Notes: generated by a model from the sequence alone, not told the origin. Positions 40,306 through 54,024 are shown, numbered from the stretch's first letter. The stretch: DNA of 64,000 nucleotides from Octopus vulgaris (GCA_951406725.2 OX597815.1:116622001-116686000); one strand, 5' to 3'. A program made the numbers and translations.

Positions 40306-41340
40306 CTGGCAGTGCCAGATGGCGGCTCACCATAAGTAAATTATGGAAGGAGAGCGCTATGCAGTGATAAATGAAATTGTAATGTTGTTATCAGTCCGAA
40401 TATGTTTGATGCATGTTCGAACTGGGGAACAAGCTACTCACTGTGTTTTGTCAGGAGGAATATGTCTTGCTTGTTGAGAAATGGTGTGTATACACGTAGA
40501 TCAGCTTGCAGTGCCAACTATCTAGACCAGTTTTCCCCCAGGCTCCACTATAGTTTTCCAGAAAACGCATGCCCCACTGGTGGTTGGAAAAAGAAATTTT
40601 ATTTTTAATATTTTATCACAGTTATTTGATACAAAAGAATCTACCAAGTACTGAGTACCAAAAAGAGTACATTATTGACTAAGAAAAAAAAGTAAATTTC
40701 TTTATTGAGAACCTTGTGCTTGGCGACTATGGCAGATTTCCTTGATTTGAGGAGACAAATTTTGTTTGCTTCAGGTGGAGCATTAGAACAGCACTATGCT
40801 GTAGCAAACAGTTTTCACACAGTATGCTTGGCTGGAGGGATTGGTTCGATTAAGCTGAGTATAGGTGTAGTATGTTTGCTGTGAAAAAAAGATTTTCACA
40901 ATTCCATGTTCCACTTAAAAAAAAAAAGTAACTTTGGATCCCATGCCCCATTACAAATTTCCCAAGCCCCACTGGTGGGGCATATACCCCATGTTGGGAA
41001 TCACTGACCTAGACTGTCAGATGTTAGCATTTTGGAGTAGTTGTCTCCTCATCAGTAACAGACACCAAGCAGGGCACTGCGAGCTGAATTAAGAGATTAC
41101 CTCTCTTATGTTTTTCCTAGTCACTGTATGATGAGTGGCAGTGCTCTATGGCGGCTCACTGTATGGAAATTACGGAGGGGGAGTGCTAAGCAGTGATAAG
41201 TGAAATTGCAATGTGAAATTAGTGAAATTGCAATTATCAGTCTGAATATGTTTGATGCATGTTCGAACTGGGGAACAAGCTACTCACTGCATTTTGCCAT
41301 GGAAAATATATTTCACTTGTTGACAAATGGTGTGTATATA
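40306..41340 (+). repeat. Diverged ~190-bp direct repeat pair (40306-40492 and 41136-41340)
   Basis: Both read TGGCAGTGC...GGCGGCTCAC...GAATATGTTTGATGCATGTTCGAACTGGGGAACAAGCTACTCACTG...AATGGTGTGTATA. Confidence 0.75.
40528..41006. mobile_element. hAT (Buster/Charlie-like) non-autonomous element
   Basis: CAG...CTG termini with 8-bp nnnTAnnn TSD ATCTAGAC/ACCTAGAC. Confidence 0.7.
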
Positions 41341-41835
41341 CATAATCAACATCATCATTCAACATCCATTTTCCATGATTGCATGGAGTGGAAGATTTAA
41401 CAGGATCATAACTTGAAGTACCAAAATTAGAAGCCTTAACAAAATGAGCTTGGATTTCACACACACTGATATATACACACACATCTATATCCATGATAAT
41501 CTACAGCTAATTTTATATCATCAACTAAGGTGGTGAGCTGGTAGAATCGTTAGCACACCTGGCAAAAGACTTAGCAGCATCTCATCCATCTATATATTCT
41601 GAGTCCAAATTCCTCTGAGGTCGACTTTACCTTTCATCTTTTCAGGGTCAATAAAATAAGTACCAGTTAAATACTGGGGTCGAGAAAATCGACTTATCCC
41701 CCCCATCTGAAGTTACTGGCCTTGTGCCAAAATTTGAAATTATATTATCAACTCATCTTTATTTAACAAGATCATATATTTGATTCTATTTATCTATGTG
41801 TGTGTCTATACATACATACAGACAGACAGACAGGC

Positions 41836-41872
<37 letters not shown>

Positions 41873-44622
41873 AACAGACAGACAAACAGACAGACAAACA
41901 TGCATACATACATATCTATTTGTAGCCAATGATTTATCATCATCCTTTTCTCTTTATTTAACACGTTGCCCCTTTTATTAAATAAGTTGTTGAAATGTTG
42001 AATAGAAAAGTTGCTAACAAAGAAGCTTATGTAAAGAGGATTAAAAATAAAAAATCAAACTTCAGCAGAAACAAGGAACTAAATGAGAAAATAACATCTA
42101 TTAATTTCTTTTAAAGTTTTTTGTTTTTGTATTTTTTTTTGTTTTGGGTTATCATGAGCAATTAAGTTGTAAGCACTACTTTGGGCCTCACATGCACATC
42201 ACACAGAGCTCCTTTTTTCTTTTTCATTCAGATGGCAATAATTTCAATTTCTTCAAGATCTAACAAAGTAAAATAAGCTTCAATGTTGAATCTGGTTGTT
42301 ATTATATGATTTGTTAAAAAAAAAAAAAGAACTGAAAAAGAAAAAAATTAACTGTTCTTACAGCAGACCATCTTGAACTTCATTATCATCATCTCGACAC
42401 ACACCCTTCCATGAAGACATGTAGACATCTGTTGCATTAAAACTTCAGAGTGGTTAGCAACAAAAGAAATTGTGATAAATGGGAAGATTTAGGGTTCTAT
42501 GAACTAGTATATGTGTAGTTTGCATGATGAAGTGAAATGGCAGTGAGAACAGGATTGAGGTCAGACAGGAAGTTATACATGATAGATAAGAGAAAAGGGA
42601 AGCCATAATGGTCTTCTCTTCTTCCCATCTCTTCCTTTTTTTTTGCATCACTTTTGTCATCTTCATTTTCTAAAGGTTTGAAATCATATTATTCTATTAT
42701 CTTAAGTACTACAGTCATTATACACTCCATTATGAAAGAATGGTGGAGCAGTGAGAAACTGTTGAAAAAGGAATCTTACAGTCAAACTGTGATTCAGTGA
42801 GAAATTGTTGAAAAAAGGAATCTTACAGCCAAACTTTGATTCTTATTCAAAAATTGCATGTGTGACTATGTTTGATAGTCACATGTTAATGAATGAGCCA
42901 ATGAGGAAACTCTACATGGCTGTCCAATTTGTGGAGATAGTAGCCAAATCCTCATGTCACTCCTTGCAATCCTATAAAAAGAAGAGGATTAGATAATGGG
43001 GTCCTAGATTCCTCTAAAAGGATGAGATGCTCATGGCTGGAATGGTTTTAATAATAGGTCTGCTTCATTAAGGTTGATTTGGATCCCAACAACATCAACA
43101 ACATCTATGTTAACTATATCAACATCATTCAAAAAATAAAGGAATGTTACAACTGACCATTTATTATGAACTATGGGACAGGCATTTTCTCATAATGATT
43201 TCAATAGTTCTGGACTGTAAGTAACTTAAAGTTTGACTTCAAAAGACTAACAGCAAAAGAATATGAAGTATAAGTTCAATTTGGTGAGTAACAGCTATTG
43301 TATTGGTGGTATATCATTTTAATGAAGGAGTAAGTGGATAGAATAATGGAGGAATGTAAGACTTGGAATTTATTATGGTTAGGTTAATAAAGATCTATGT
43401 CAGGAATATCATTGTCAGAGCATATCTGAAATGAGATAATTTGAACAAAGTTGAGTGGAATATTGTGATTTCAGGATAGGAAGCACAAATTCCACTGGGT
43501 TGGACATGTTGCAAGGTTCACAGACAATTGGATTGGAAAAACCTCTCTGAAGGTCTCTTTGATAATGAGAAGATGATTCAATTTAATTAAATGATTTGAG
43601 CCAAGATGGAAAAGCAAGGCGAAATCAAGATAGAATTGAAAGCACATTGTGACCAGCAGAAGAAGTTTCACAAAAGTGACTGATAGAATAGCTACTAGAG
43701 AATAAGTACTGGAGGTGATTTATTTTGTTAAATCCTTTAAGGCAGTGCCCCAGTATAGCTGCAGTCTAATGATTGAAACAAGTGAAAGATAAAAGAGTGG
43801 CTGTGTGGTAAGTAGCTTGCTTACCAGCCACATGGTTCTGGGTTCAGTCCCACTGCATGGCACATTGGGCAAGTGTCTTCAACTATAGCCTCGGGCCGAT
43901 CAAAGCCTTGTATGTGGATTTGGTAGACAGAAACTGAAAGAAGCCTGTTGTATGTGTGTGTGTGTGTGTGTGTTTGTGTGTATGTTTGTGTGTCTGTGTT
44001 TGTTCCCCCCACACATCGCTTGACAACCAATGTTGGTGTGTTCATGTACCCGTAACTTAGCGGTTCAGCAAAAGAGGCCGATAGAATAAGTACTAAGCTT
44101 ACAAAGAATAAGTATTGGGGTCGATTTGTTCGACTAAAGGTGGTGCTCCAGCATGGCTGCAGTCAAATGACTGAAACAAATAAATGAAAGAAAAGAAAAG
44201 AAATGTGAAAATAAAATAAGCTGAATATGGTGGCTGAAAGCAGAATCATTCTCAATAATAGTATTAGTAAGAATGATTAAAACAGATACAGACAAATAGA
44301 TAATCCAAATGCTCGGAGTTACAGATATGCACAACATACACAAAATAACACTAGAAAGTATTGTACACATTATGTAGAGTGCGTTTAATACAGTAGTCAA
44401 TACAAAATCAAAACAAAATACTGCACATGCTCAACGCCCATAGGACTGTGTTAGGACTTGATGGTGCAATGAGAGTGCAAGATAAATGGCTTGTAGTTGG
44501 GAGGAGTGGGTAAGTCAATTACAGCAAGAAAATGCTTTATTGCATTTCTTCAGGCTCCTTATATTTTGAGTTCAAATGTTGCCAAGGTCGACTTTGCCTT
44601 TCATCCTTTCAGGGTCGATAAA

Positions 44623-44673
<51 letters not shown>

Positions 44674-45046
44674 GTTATTTCCCACAGGAACAACCAAATC
44701 AGACTAGTACAAAACTATCAAATAATTAATCAAGTAAACAGAGAACTGGAATGTAACACAAATATTCATAGAAATATATATATATATATATACATACATA
44801 TGTGTGTGTGTGTGTGTGTATGTGTGTGTATGGGTGCATGTATGCATGTGGGTATGTGTGTCTATGTGTGTAATCAAATGTACTTTAGGAGGTGTACTTT
44901 TAACAATACAGTTTTATTTTAGCCTAGCTGTGAAATGTAAACAAATATCTACCTAACAGTCATTCTGGCTGCTTTTGATTCTTTTTAGAAAACCAATATC
45001 TATTTCCTCAATCTAATTTACATAATGGTGTACTAAATGGCAGCAT

Positions 45047-45618
45047 GGTTAATTAAATGCCTTATTATCACTCACAAACGAGTATGACCTGATAGTAAGT
45101 ACTTTGCTTTTGCTAATGTTTTAGGTGCCTATGTAGTCTCAAGGAGCATACATAGACATCCTCTCAGCCCTTCCATTCTTGACTTTATAGAACAATGAAA
45201 ATGTGACAACTGAAAGGAGGAGGGGAAGAGGAGAGAACTGCACCAGCAGACAGCTGGTACTCTTTTCAAGGCTTTGGTTAGCCTAAAGCTATAGTAGAAA
45301 ACACTTTCCCAAGGTTCCACATGGTGAGACTGAACCAAGAACCAAGTGGCTGGGAAGCAAGCTCTTTACCACACAACCACGACTTGTTGCAGTCATTCAA
45401 ATGTGGCCATACTGTGACATTGCCTTGAAGGGGTTAGTTAAACAAATTGACTCCAGGATTTATTTTCATAAATCTGGTACTTATTCTATCAAATTCATTT
45501 GCTGAACCACTGAATTACAGGAATGTAAACAAACCAATATGATGAACAAACACAGACACATACACATACATACATACATACATACATACATACATACATA
45601 CATACATACATACATACA

Positions 45619-45676
<58 letters not shown>

Positions 45677-46208
45677 TGTATGTATGTATGTATGTATGTA
45701 TGTATGTATGTATGTATGTGCATGTGTCTGTGTTTGTTCCATCATATTGGTTTGTTTACCATCTCTGTAATTCAGTGGTTCAGCAAATGAATTTGATAGA
45801 ATAGCTATTTTAAATAGCCAGATAACCGAAGAGATGGTGTTGTGGATTTCCACTTCGGCATCTGAAACTCAGAGTTTTATCTTGACTATCGAGTAATGTA
45901 ACATATTATGGTATATATATAGGTATGTATGTATGTATGTATGTATGTATGTATGTATGTATGTATGTATGTATGTATGTATGTATGTACGTGCATGTGT
46001 CTGTGTTTGTTCATCATATTGAAAAGAGTACCAGCTGTCTGCTGGTGCAGTTCTCTCCTCTTCCCCTCCTCCTTTCAGTTGTCACATTTTCATTGTTCTA
46101 TAAAGTCAAGAATGGAAGGGCTGAGAGGATGTCTATGTCTGCTCCTTGAGACTACCTTACTATCAGGTCATACCCGTTTGTGAGTGATAATAAGGCATTT
46201 AATTAACC
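45047..46208. repeat. Nested inverted duplications
   Basis: Outer pair 45047-45269 vs 46019-46208 (near-identical, one ~33-nt indel). Inner spacer-less palindrome 45482-45803 centred on CAT|ATG at 45647/45648. Confidence 0.9.
45820..45882 (+). ncRNA. Degenerate type I hammerhead ribozyme motif in a Penelope-like fragment
   Basis: Stem I AGATAA/TTATCT; core CCGAAGA (U4C variant); stem II GATG...CATC with internal GTGG/CCAC hairpin; GAAA; stem III CTC/GAG; GUU cleavage triplet. Confidence 0.55.
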
Positions 46209-48918
46209 TCACAGCCATGCCTGTGCCTTTTACTTTTATTAGCAAATTAAATAGAAGGAACATGATTCTACAGTTAAAGTCCTGCTCTACTGGCCACACT
46301 TATAACAAGTCCAAATCTACAGACGACATTTCACTGTGTTTTCAAGTACAAGACAATATTCTACATTGCCTCACTTAAACTTTGCTATCAGTAAATAGGT
46401 AGCAGATCTTTTGGGGAATCTTACCCATATTATGGGCTGACATCTTATCTAAGGATGGGCTTATCTTATTTGTTTAATGTCATGAAACCAAAGATAAGTA
46501 GCATCCATTAAAAGCTTTTAAAATCTTCAGAGTTGTTTACTTTTTCTTCATTGTGCTGTGCCTCTTTGATTGCTCTATCTGCATGTCTGATAAGTTAACA
46601 AAAAAAGCAGGTTCCACTCCCATTTCACAGCTGAGTGGTTATTAGTAAAAGTGGCCTCCAACAGTATAAGTAATTGCTTATATACAAAAATAAGCAAATC
46701 CTCCTTACCCAAGGGGAAAATAGATATAAATGTATAGAAATGCAATTTTAGATGATCACTTAAGGAAAGCCTTTGAATCCTACATCCAAAGCCATACTCT
46801 GCCTTAAGTGAATACTTTTTCTTTGCTGCAGGCTTTGGATAAAATTGAGGGGTAGGACTATATACCTCTTTAGCCCACACAGCGCATTCAGTCATATTTA
46901 TACACATGCTTCTTTCTTATACGACAGATCTGGATAGTTGGCTTCTGTCTTTCAACCATCACTTTCCTTTTTGTGAAATATTTTGTAAAGAAGTCAAGTG
47001 TTTTTGAAGAAGAAAATGTCTAACTTCATCACCTTTAACTGAACTTTCACCACTGCTTTCACTATAGATACCAGTAGGGAAAAAAATCTACAAGAGCAGA
47101 GATGGAGGAGCCAGATTTTGTACAACCACACACACACACACGCACACACACACACCCTAACCTTAACACTGTCACTAAGGAGGGCTAATAACACTGAATC
47201 ATGTCAGGAATTGACACTGTACTATCAAAGATCAGACTTAATCCCTGCTGCCTTTCTGGATCAGAGCTCACCATTAAGATAATTCTTCCTAATATAAGCA
47301 CATAGACTGAATTTTGTGGTGATGGTAGGCGGGGGAGACAAAATTATTCAATTAAATCAACCCATTACTTGATAGGTGCTTTATTTTATCAACCCCATAT
47401 GGATGAAAAGTAAAGTTGGCACTGGCAGGATTTGAACTCAGAATGTAAAGAGCTGGATCAAATACTGTTCTAATTCTGCCAATGCTCTAATGATTCTGCC
47501 AGGTCACCGCCTTTCCCAGTCATTAAGATAATGATTCATTCCTCTCATTAAAGGTATAATTATTAATTAAGGTCCCTTGGTTCATTATATAATTTACTAA
47601 TTATTCTAAATCACTGCTTGATTCAGGGGCTACAATAGATATACAGTGGACTATATAACATGGCAACAGGGATTTTATATAAAGCAATAGAAGGAATAAT
47701 GTAAAAGGAACTATGATTAGAATTTTGATAAACAGTAAATAATGTGATTCAGTTCTTTTGTATATGTGTCTGAACAACTTCATAGACAATTCCTCATTAC
47801 TTAGCTACATTAGCCCACCAGACAACAATATGTGGGACCTTGGATAAAAAAAAAGATGAAAATAATGACAAAAAAACTCAACTCTTTTCTGTTTTAATGA
47901 CAAGCTATAAGAAGATATTAGCAGCACATCAACATCAAACTGTTTAACATACAGTGTTACACAAAGAGAACGAGAGATAAGAGCTAGAGAACAAAAATGG
48001 AGAGAGAGAGAGAAGGGGGTAGAGAGGAAGGGAGCAAGAAGGGGAATGAGAGAGTGAAAAAGAAGAAGAGAGATCAAATCAACAAAGCAAGAATTTTTGA
48101 AGTAGTTGGTAGTACACATAGTGAAAGGAAAGCAATATCTCATTTCAAACATTGACAATAATTTCCACGAATTCCTGCAAAAAGAAAAATGATAAAAAAA
48201 TAATCAAACAATTCTAAATGTCTATTTTCTAAACTTGGACATAAATGAAACAAAAGTTTTACCTTTATTTATTTATTTATATTTTGCTCCCATTACACAA
48301 CCTCTTCTGTAAGTTACCACACCCATTGTGCCAATGGAATTGCCCTACCTTATTTTAGTACACATTTTCTCAAATGACTCTTATTTAATGTGACTAATTT
48401 AACAATATGGACAATAACGAGTGTAATTTTCTTTTTAATATTTTCATAGTTTCTTTCTTGATATATTAAGTAAGACCATCTTAGATTTAAATACTCATTA
48501 TATCTTGCTAAATACCCATTATATCTTGCAATGTGTTTTATTGTGAGTCACCACCCCTCTCCATCACAAAACTAAACGTATATCATTTCCTCTTTCCTTA
48601 ACCAAGACAATAATTTTTGTTCCAATTCTTATTCCTTTAAGTAACAATAGAGCAGCAACAACAATAATTATTATTTAGGCACATCATCATCATCATCATC
48701 ATCATTATTTACCATCTGAAATTTGGTGGTGAAGGTCACTAGTCAATTACATTGAGCCCAGTACTTGACTGATACTTTATTTTATCAACTCCATAGAGAT
48801 GAAGGGTAAAGTTGACCTCTGTGTGATTTGAGCTCAGAACACAAAAGGCTGGAAGAAATACTGCAAAATATTTTGTCCAACACTCCAAAGGATCTGTCAA
48901 TCCATCACCTTAAATAAT

Positions 48919-49116
48919 AGTACCAGGATGCCCTGATGCAGTACCAGGATGCCCTGATGCAGTACCAGGATGCCCTGATGCAGTACCAGGATGCCCTGAT
49001 GCAGTACCAGAATGCCCTGATGCAGTACCAGGATGCCCTGATGCAATACCAGGATGCCCTGATGCAGTACCAGGATGCCCTGATGCAGTACCAGAATGCC
49101 CTGATGCAGTACCAGG
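48919..49116 (+). repeat. 21-bp minisatellite (AGTACCAGGATGCCCTGATGC) x9.4
   Basis: Nine complete units plus 9 nt. The same G>A variant occurs in units 5 and 9. Confidence 0.95.
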
Positions 49117-49651
49117 CAGTGGCTCTCATGGCTTCTGATCTTAACTGATTGGAAGTGTTATCATGTACATTGTTTTGTCTTGGTATAAAAGATGGGCTAC
49201 AGCAAATATTCTGCTCAATACCACAGATTTGCTTGTCAGTTGTTTGACCTTAACCAGTTGAGCATGTCCCTTAGTGGCTGACGATATGTGCATCTCTGAT
49301 CATGAGCAGAAGTAGTGGGGGAGTATCATAGTCATGTGTTGAGAGGGATTCTTTGGGGTTTGAATAATTCACCTCTGGAAACATGGGTGGTTCATTTAAC
49401 ATCCTTAAACAACCCTTATTCAGGGACCTTTTGAGCGGGATGGGCTACTCAACCTGAAGAAAATTCTAACTGGGCCCCACCTGCAAGGTCATGCGCTGTT
49501 TATCTTGATATGAGATCACCATGTCGCACACATATGGTTGTGATGCATGTGCCTGGTGTACCCTTATCAGACGGGTAGTCATGATGGGTATATTGGGCCT
49601 CGTATATTTTACCCCAGTGTCACTTTGATGGCATGAACTGCTCTCTCACTC

Positions 49652-49696
<45 letters not shown>
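49087..49696 (+). mobile_element. Retroposon 3' end (LINE 3' UTR or SINE) with (AAT)n tail
   Basis: About 570 bp of relatively GC-rich sequence ending CTGCTCTCTCACTC(AAT)n. An AAT-type flank also lies upstream of the 21-bp array. Confidence 0.55.
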
Positions 49697-49698
<2 letters not shown>

Positions 49699-50196
49699 TT
49701 TCAAATTTTTGCTACAAGGCCAGCCTGGGGGAGGGAATTAGGTCATTTATATTGACCTCAAGGCATAACTGGTATTTATTCAATTGAACCCGAAAGGATG
49801 AAAGGCAGAATTTGAACTTAGAACATAGCGATAAATGAAATACCGCTACCCATTTCGTCCAGCACACTAATGATTCTGCCAGCTCACTGCCTTAATAATA
49901 ATGATAATAATAATTATAATAATAATAATAATGATGATGATGATGATGATGATGATAATAATAGCCACAACAACAATAATAATAATAATAATGATAATAA
50001 TGATAATGATGATGATGATAATAATGACAATAATGATAACAATAATAATAATAATAACAATAGGTTCAAATTTTTGGAACAAGGCAATAATTTTGAGGGT
50101 GGGAGTTAAGTCAGTTATATCAACCCTAGTGCTTAACTGGTAAGTGTTTTATTGACCCTGAAAAGTAAAGTCAACCTCGGCAGAATAATGATTATG

Positions 50197-50229
<33 letters not shown>

Positions 50230-51050
50230 GTTTCTGATTTAGGTATAAGACTAGTAATTTTGTTGGGAGGAGGTAATTTGTTAGTATCATCCCTAGTACT
50301 TGACTGGTACAATTTTTGACTTTGAAAAGATGAAAGACAAATTTGACCTTAATGGGAATTGAACTCAGCATCTAAAGAGCTGGAAGAAATATCACAAAGC
50401 ATTTCTTTTGACACTCTAACAACTCTGCCAGCTCACCACAGAAACTGTACCAGTCAATTTGGGTGGGTGGGGAGAGAGTTTAATCGATACCAACACCTCC
50501 AGTACTTAACAGGTACTTTATTTTGTCTACTCCCAAAAGGATGAGAGGAAAAGTTGACCTCAATCAGGATTTGAACTCAGATTGTAAAGAATGTGAACAA
50601 ATACTGCAAGGCATATTTTCTGATGCTTTCACACTTTTACCAAATCCACAATCCAATTGTTTCTAATTTGTGCACAAGGCTAGTAATGTTTGAGCGGATG
50701 GATGTAGTCAGTTACTTGATCAGTGTTTTATTTTTCTGATCCTGGAAGAATGAAAGGCCATGTTGACCTCAGCAAGATTTGAATTCACAAAGGCAGATAT
50801 TTTTCCCAATGTTCTTATGTTTCTACCAGCTTGACACCTTAATAACAATAACAATTGTTTCTGATATAGAAACAAAGCTTGAAATTTGTGGAAGAGGGTT
50901 AGTCAATACCATTGATCCCAATATTTTATTTTATTGACATCAAATCATGGAAAGCAAAGATGATCTCAATAAGATTTGAGCTCAGAATATAAAGAACCAG
51001 AAGAAATGCTGCACAGCATTTTTTTCCAACACTCTAATGATTCTGCCAAA
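49697..51050 (-). mobile_element. Head-to-tail cluster of about six SINE family B copies, several separated by (AAT)n
   Basis: Repeated CTGGTAC...TTTATTGACCC...GAAAGGCAAAGTTGACCTC...TTTGAACTCAG...CTGCCAGCTCAC units at about 49700, 50060, 50230, 50445, 50655 and 50855. Confidence 0.7.
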
Positions 51051-51386
51051 GTAGCTTCCACTGAAGTAGCAAAGATTTGTTCATTTCTATTCCTATTTAT
51101 AAAACATTTACTATGAAACATGTCTCGGAATCTCTTCAATATATTCCACATTTACTCAAAAAAAAAAAGAAAAAAGAAACCAAAAAGAGGAAATGGTGTA
51201 TGTGGGAGAGAGGAGTGGGTAGGGCAGGAACAATATCCATAGTGCCATTGTGGCATCAGCAATCTTTGTAAAAATCAAAACAGCTGTGAAAACTCTTCAG
51301 AGTCTAACTCTCTCTGAGATATAAAGGAAAAAAACTCTTTAGGATTTTTGTAATAGCCAAAAAATGAATAAATAAATGAAAAAAAC

Positions 51387-51426
<40 letters not shown>

Positions 51427-52094
51427 AAAAATAATAATAATGATGTTGCTATCTACATTAGTTTAGAAATATCATATTTCATATTTTTAGAAATGATTTA
51501 TGGTTTTTCTCTGCTGTTTATTGTTCTTTAATGCCCTTTTTGAAAGCATAGTTGCTCGAATATACTTCAGATGTCAACAACAACTAGTTGAGATGTCACT
51601 GGGCAATAAAGTAGGGAAGAGAGTATTCAATGGGAGCTGATAAGCTTTAACCCTTAATATTCTTTAGCTTACTAATTAATTAAAAATGTGAAGGCTTGTA
51701 AAATAATACATGGATTATATTATACTTTTACAGCATAACTGTGTTGTCTTTATATAATATCCTGATTTAGCAACATCTATTTTGTTTAAATACCATTGTA
51801 GTTTCTGTTTTAACACAAGCCCTATAAAGTGAGATTTATACTATAGTATAAATGATTGCAATTTCCATAAAAAAAAGTAATTAGCATTTACTATTTGATG
51901 TATTCACTAAATATGAGCTGGTTTGAACAAGGTACACTGATTAATAGAACTGAAACATTTAAAACAATAATGAAATATGGACAGATGCATACATACATAC
52001 ATACACACATACATACATACATACATAACATACATACATACATACATACATACATACATACATACATACATACATACATACATACATACATACA

Positions 52095-52125
<31 letters not shown>

Positions 52126-53577
52126 GTACATACACACATCTACAGAGTTAAGGTAGGACAACAGCTGTGCTGATGAAGAAATATATAGCATATGTCCACA
52201 GCTGTCCTCTTGTCCCTAGATAATCATGTCAATTTCAAAGAATGTTTGATATTTGAGATTATCCCCCTGTGGAGTTGATTACATTTTACACAAGTTATTT
52301 GTTTATTGTTCTTTAAGAGATAATCTCAAAGCATCAAGAATTATTTTTGTATGATATTTAATAGACCTTTATTTATCTTTATTGCCCACATTCGTGGACA
52401 GTAACAAATATGGTGGGGAAATAGTAAATTGGATATGGCTATAAGATTTATGTTCCAGTTGAAGAATGTTTGTAGCAAGAAGCAATATCAAGAAGCTAAG
52501 TAGGAAACACAATAATGGAAGGTTTGTGGAATTTTGATTTGCAATGTAATGTATTCATAGAGATCAAGATGTAATCATGTTACAGTGTTCCTAAAACAAC
52601 TGTGGCACACCTGCACTTAGTGATAAGGAAGATGGAGATTTGGAAGTGTTACAATGAGAGGTTATTGAATACAAGTGGGATAGCAAGGGACTACTTCAAT
52701 TGGGACCAAAAAAAGCTTCAGCACATTGGTAGGCACATTAAGGAAATGGTGGCATGGAGAGTGATAGGTTCACCAGGAAGAGTTTCTTAAATAGGAGAAT
52801 TGTCTTAAAGCTTTATTTTGATGCTCACATGGGTTGGGTGGAATTTATTAGGGCATATTTTCTAGACAGATGCCCTTCCTGTCTCCAACCTTCATCTATT
52901 TCGCTCACAATGCATTAGTTGGCCTGGGGCTGTAATAGAAGACACTTGCCCAAGGCACTTCATAGTGGGACTGAACCTGAAACCATGAGACTGCAGAGCA
53001 AGCTTTTTAACCACATCATAACCATGCCTGTACCTTTTACTTGTTTCAGGCATCAGAGTGCAGCCATGTTAGGGTACCTATTTATTAAAATTTTAAACAA
53101 ATCAGAAAAAATATCTCAGGTGGAATGAGAAGACAAAGCCATTTATCAGGAAAAAAAAAAAGGTTTCCTATGTTATATAACTAAGTTCAAGTCAGATATT
53201 TTGATGTAAAATAAACCTGCTTAAAGCAGGAGACACTTAAACTTGGAAATAAGTGTGTGTATGGTGGGGTGGGAGCATCAATAAGTAAATAAACTAAAAA
53301 ATATTTTTGAGGAGACTAAATACTATCCAAACAGGTGCCTTCCTGCTTCTACCCCAAATCTAGTCCACCAGATGTTGTTCACCCTTAACATAAATTGAAT
53401 TGGGCTAATGAGACAGTCAATTGAGAAATACTAAAGTTCACTTATTTCTACATCAACAATATAATGCAGTTCCTTTTCTCACTACTCATGTCTTCTTATG
53501 TATCTGTGTATGTGCATATGGATGTCCCTTTCTACACAGATGTGTATTATGATACATATGCACATACATGCATGCAT

Positions 53578-53624
<47 letters not shown>

Positions 53625-53719
53625 TCAGTAATAATAAAGGGTGAAATTAATTAATTTGGAATAATTATCAATTACACCAAGTAGATTTCAGCATGTAAAA
53701 GCCCCATTCGAGGAAAATT

Positions 53720-53948
53720 TAAGTAATACTAAGTAATTAAGGGTTTAGCAACGAATTGCCTCACCAACACACCGAATTTAGAAATAGCAGTCAAAGAGAT
53801 ATAGCTATTCCTTCTACTACTGTGCTGTGTTTTTACTGAGATCCCCCTTTTAGTAGAAGGAATAGCTATATCTCTTTGACTGCTATTTCTAAATTCGGTG
53901 TGTTGGTGAGGCACTATTCGTTGCTAAACCCTTAATTACTTAGTATTA

Positions 53949-53952
<4 letters not shown>
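53720..53952. repeat. Near-perfect ~100-bp inverted repeat with 31-nt spacer
   Basis: 53720-53819 is the reverse complement of 53851-53952 apart from a 2-nt indel. Confidence 0.93.

Positions 53953-54024
<72 letters not shown>

Noticed and set aside
48919-49116. CRISPR-like regular repeat / QYQDALM repeat protein
   Set aside because: The units are contiguous with no spacers, the context is eukaryotic with no cas genes, and the ORF exists only because the unit is 21 bp.
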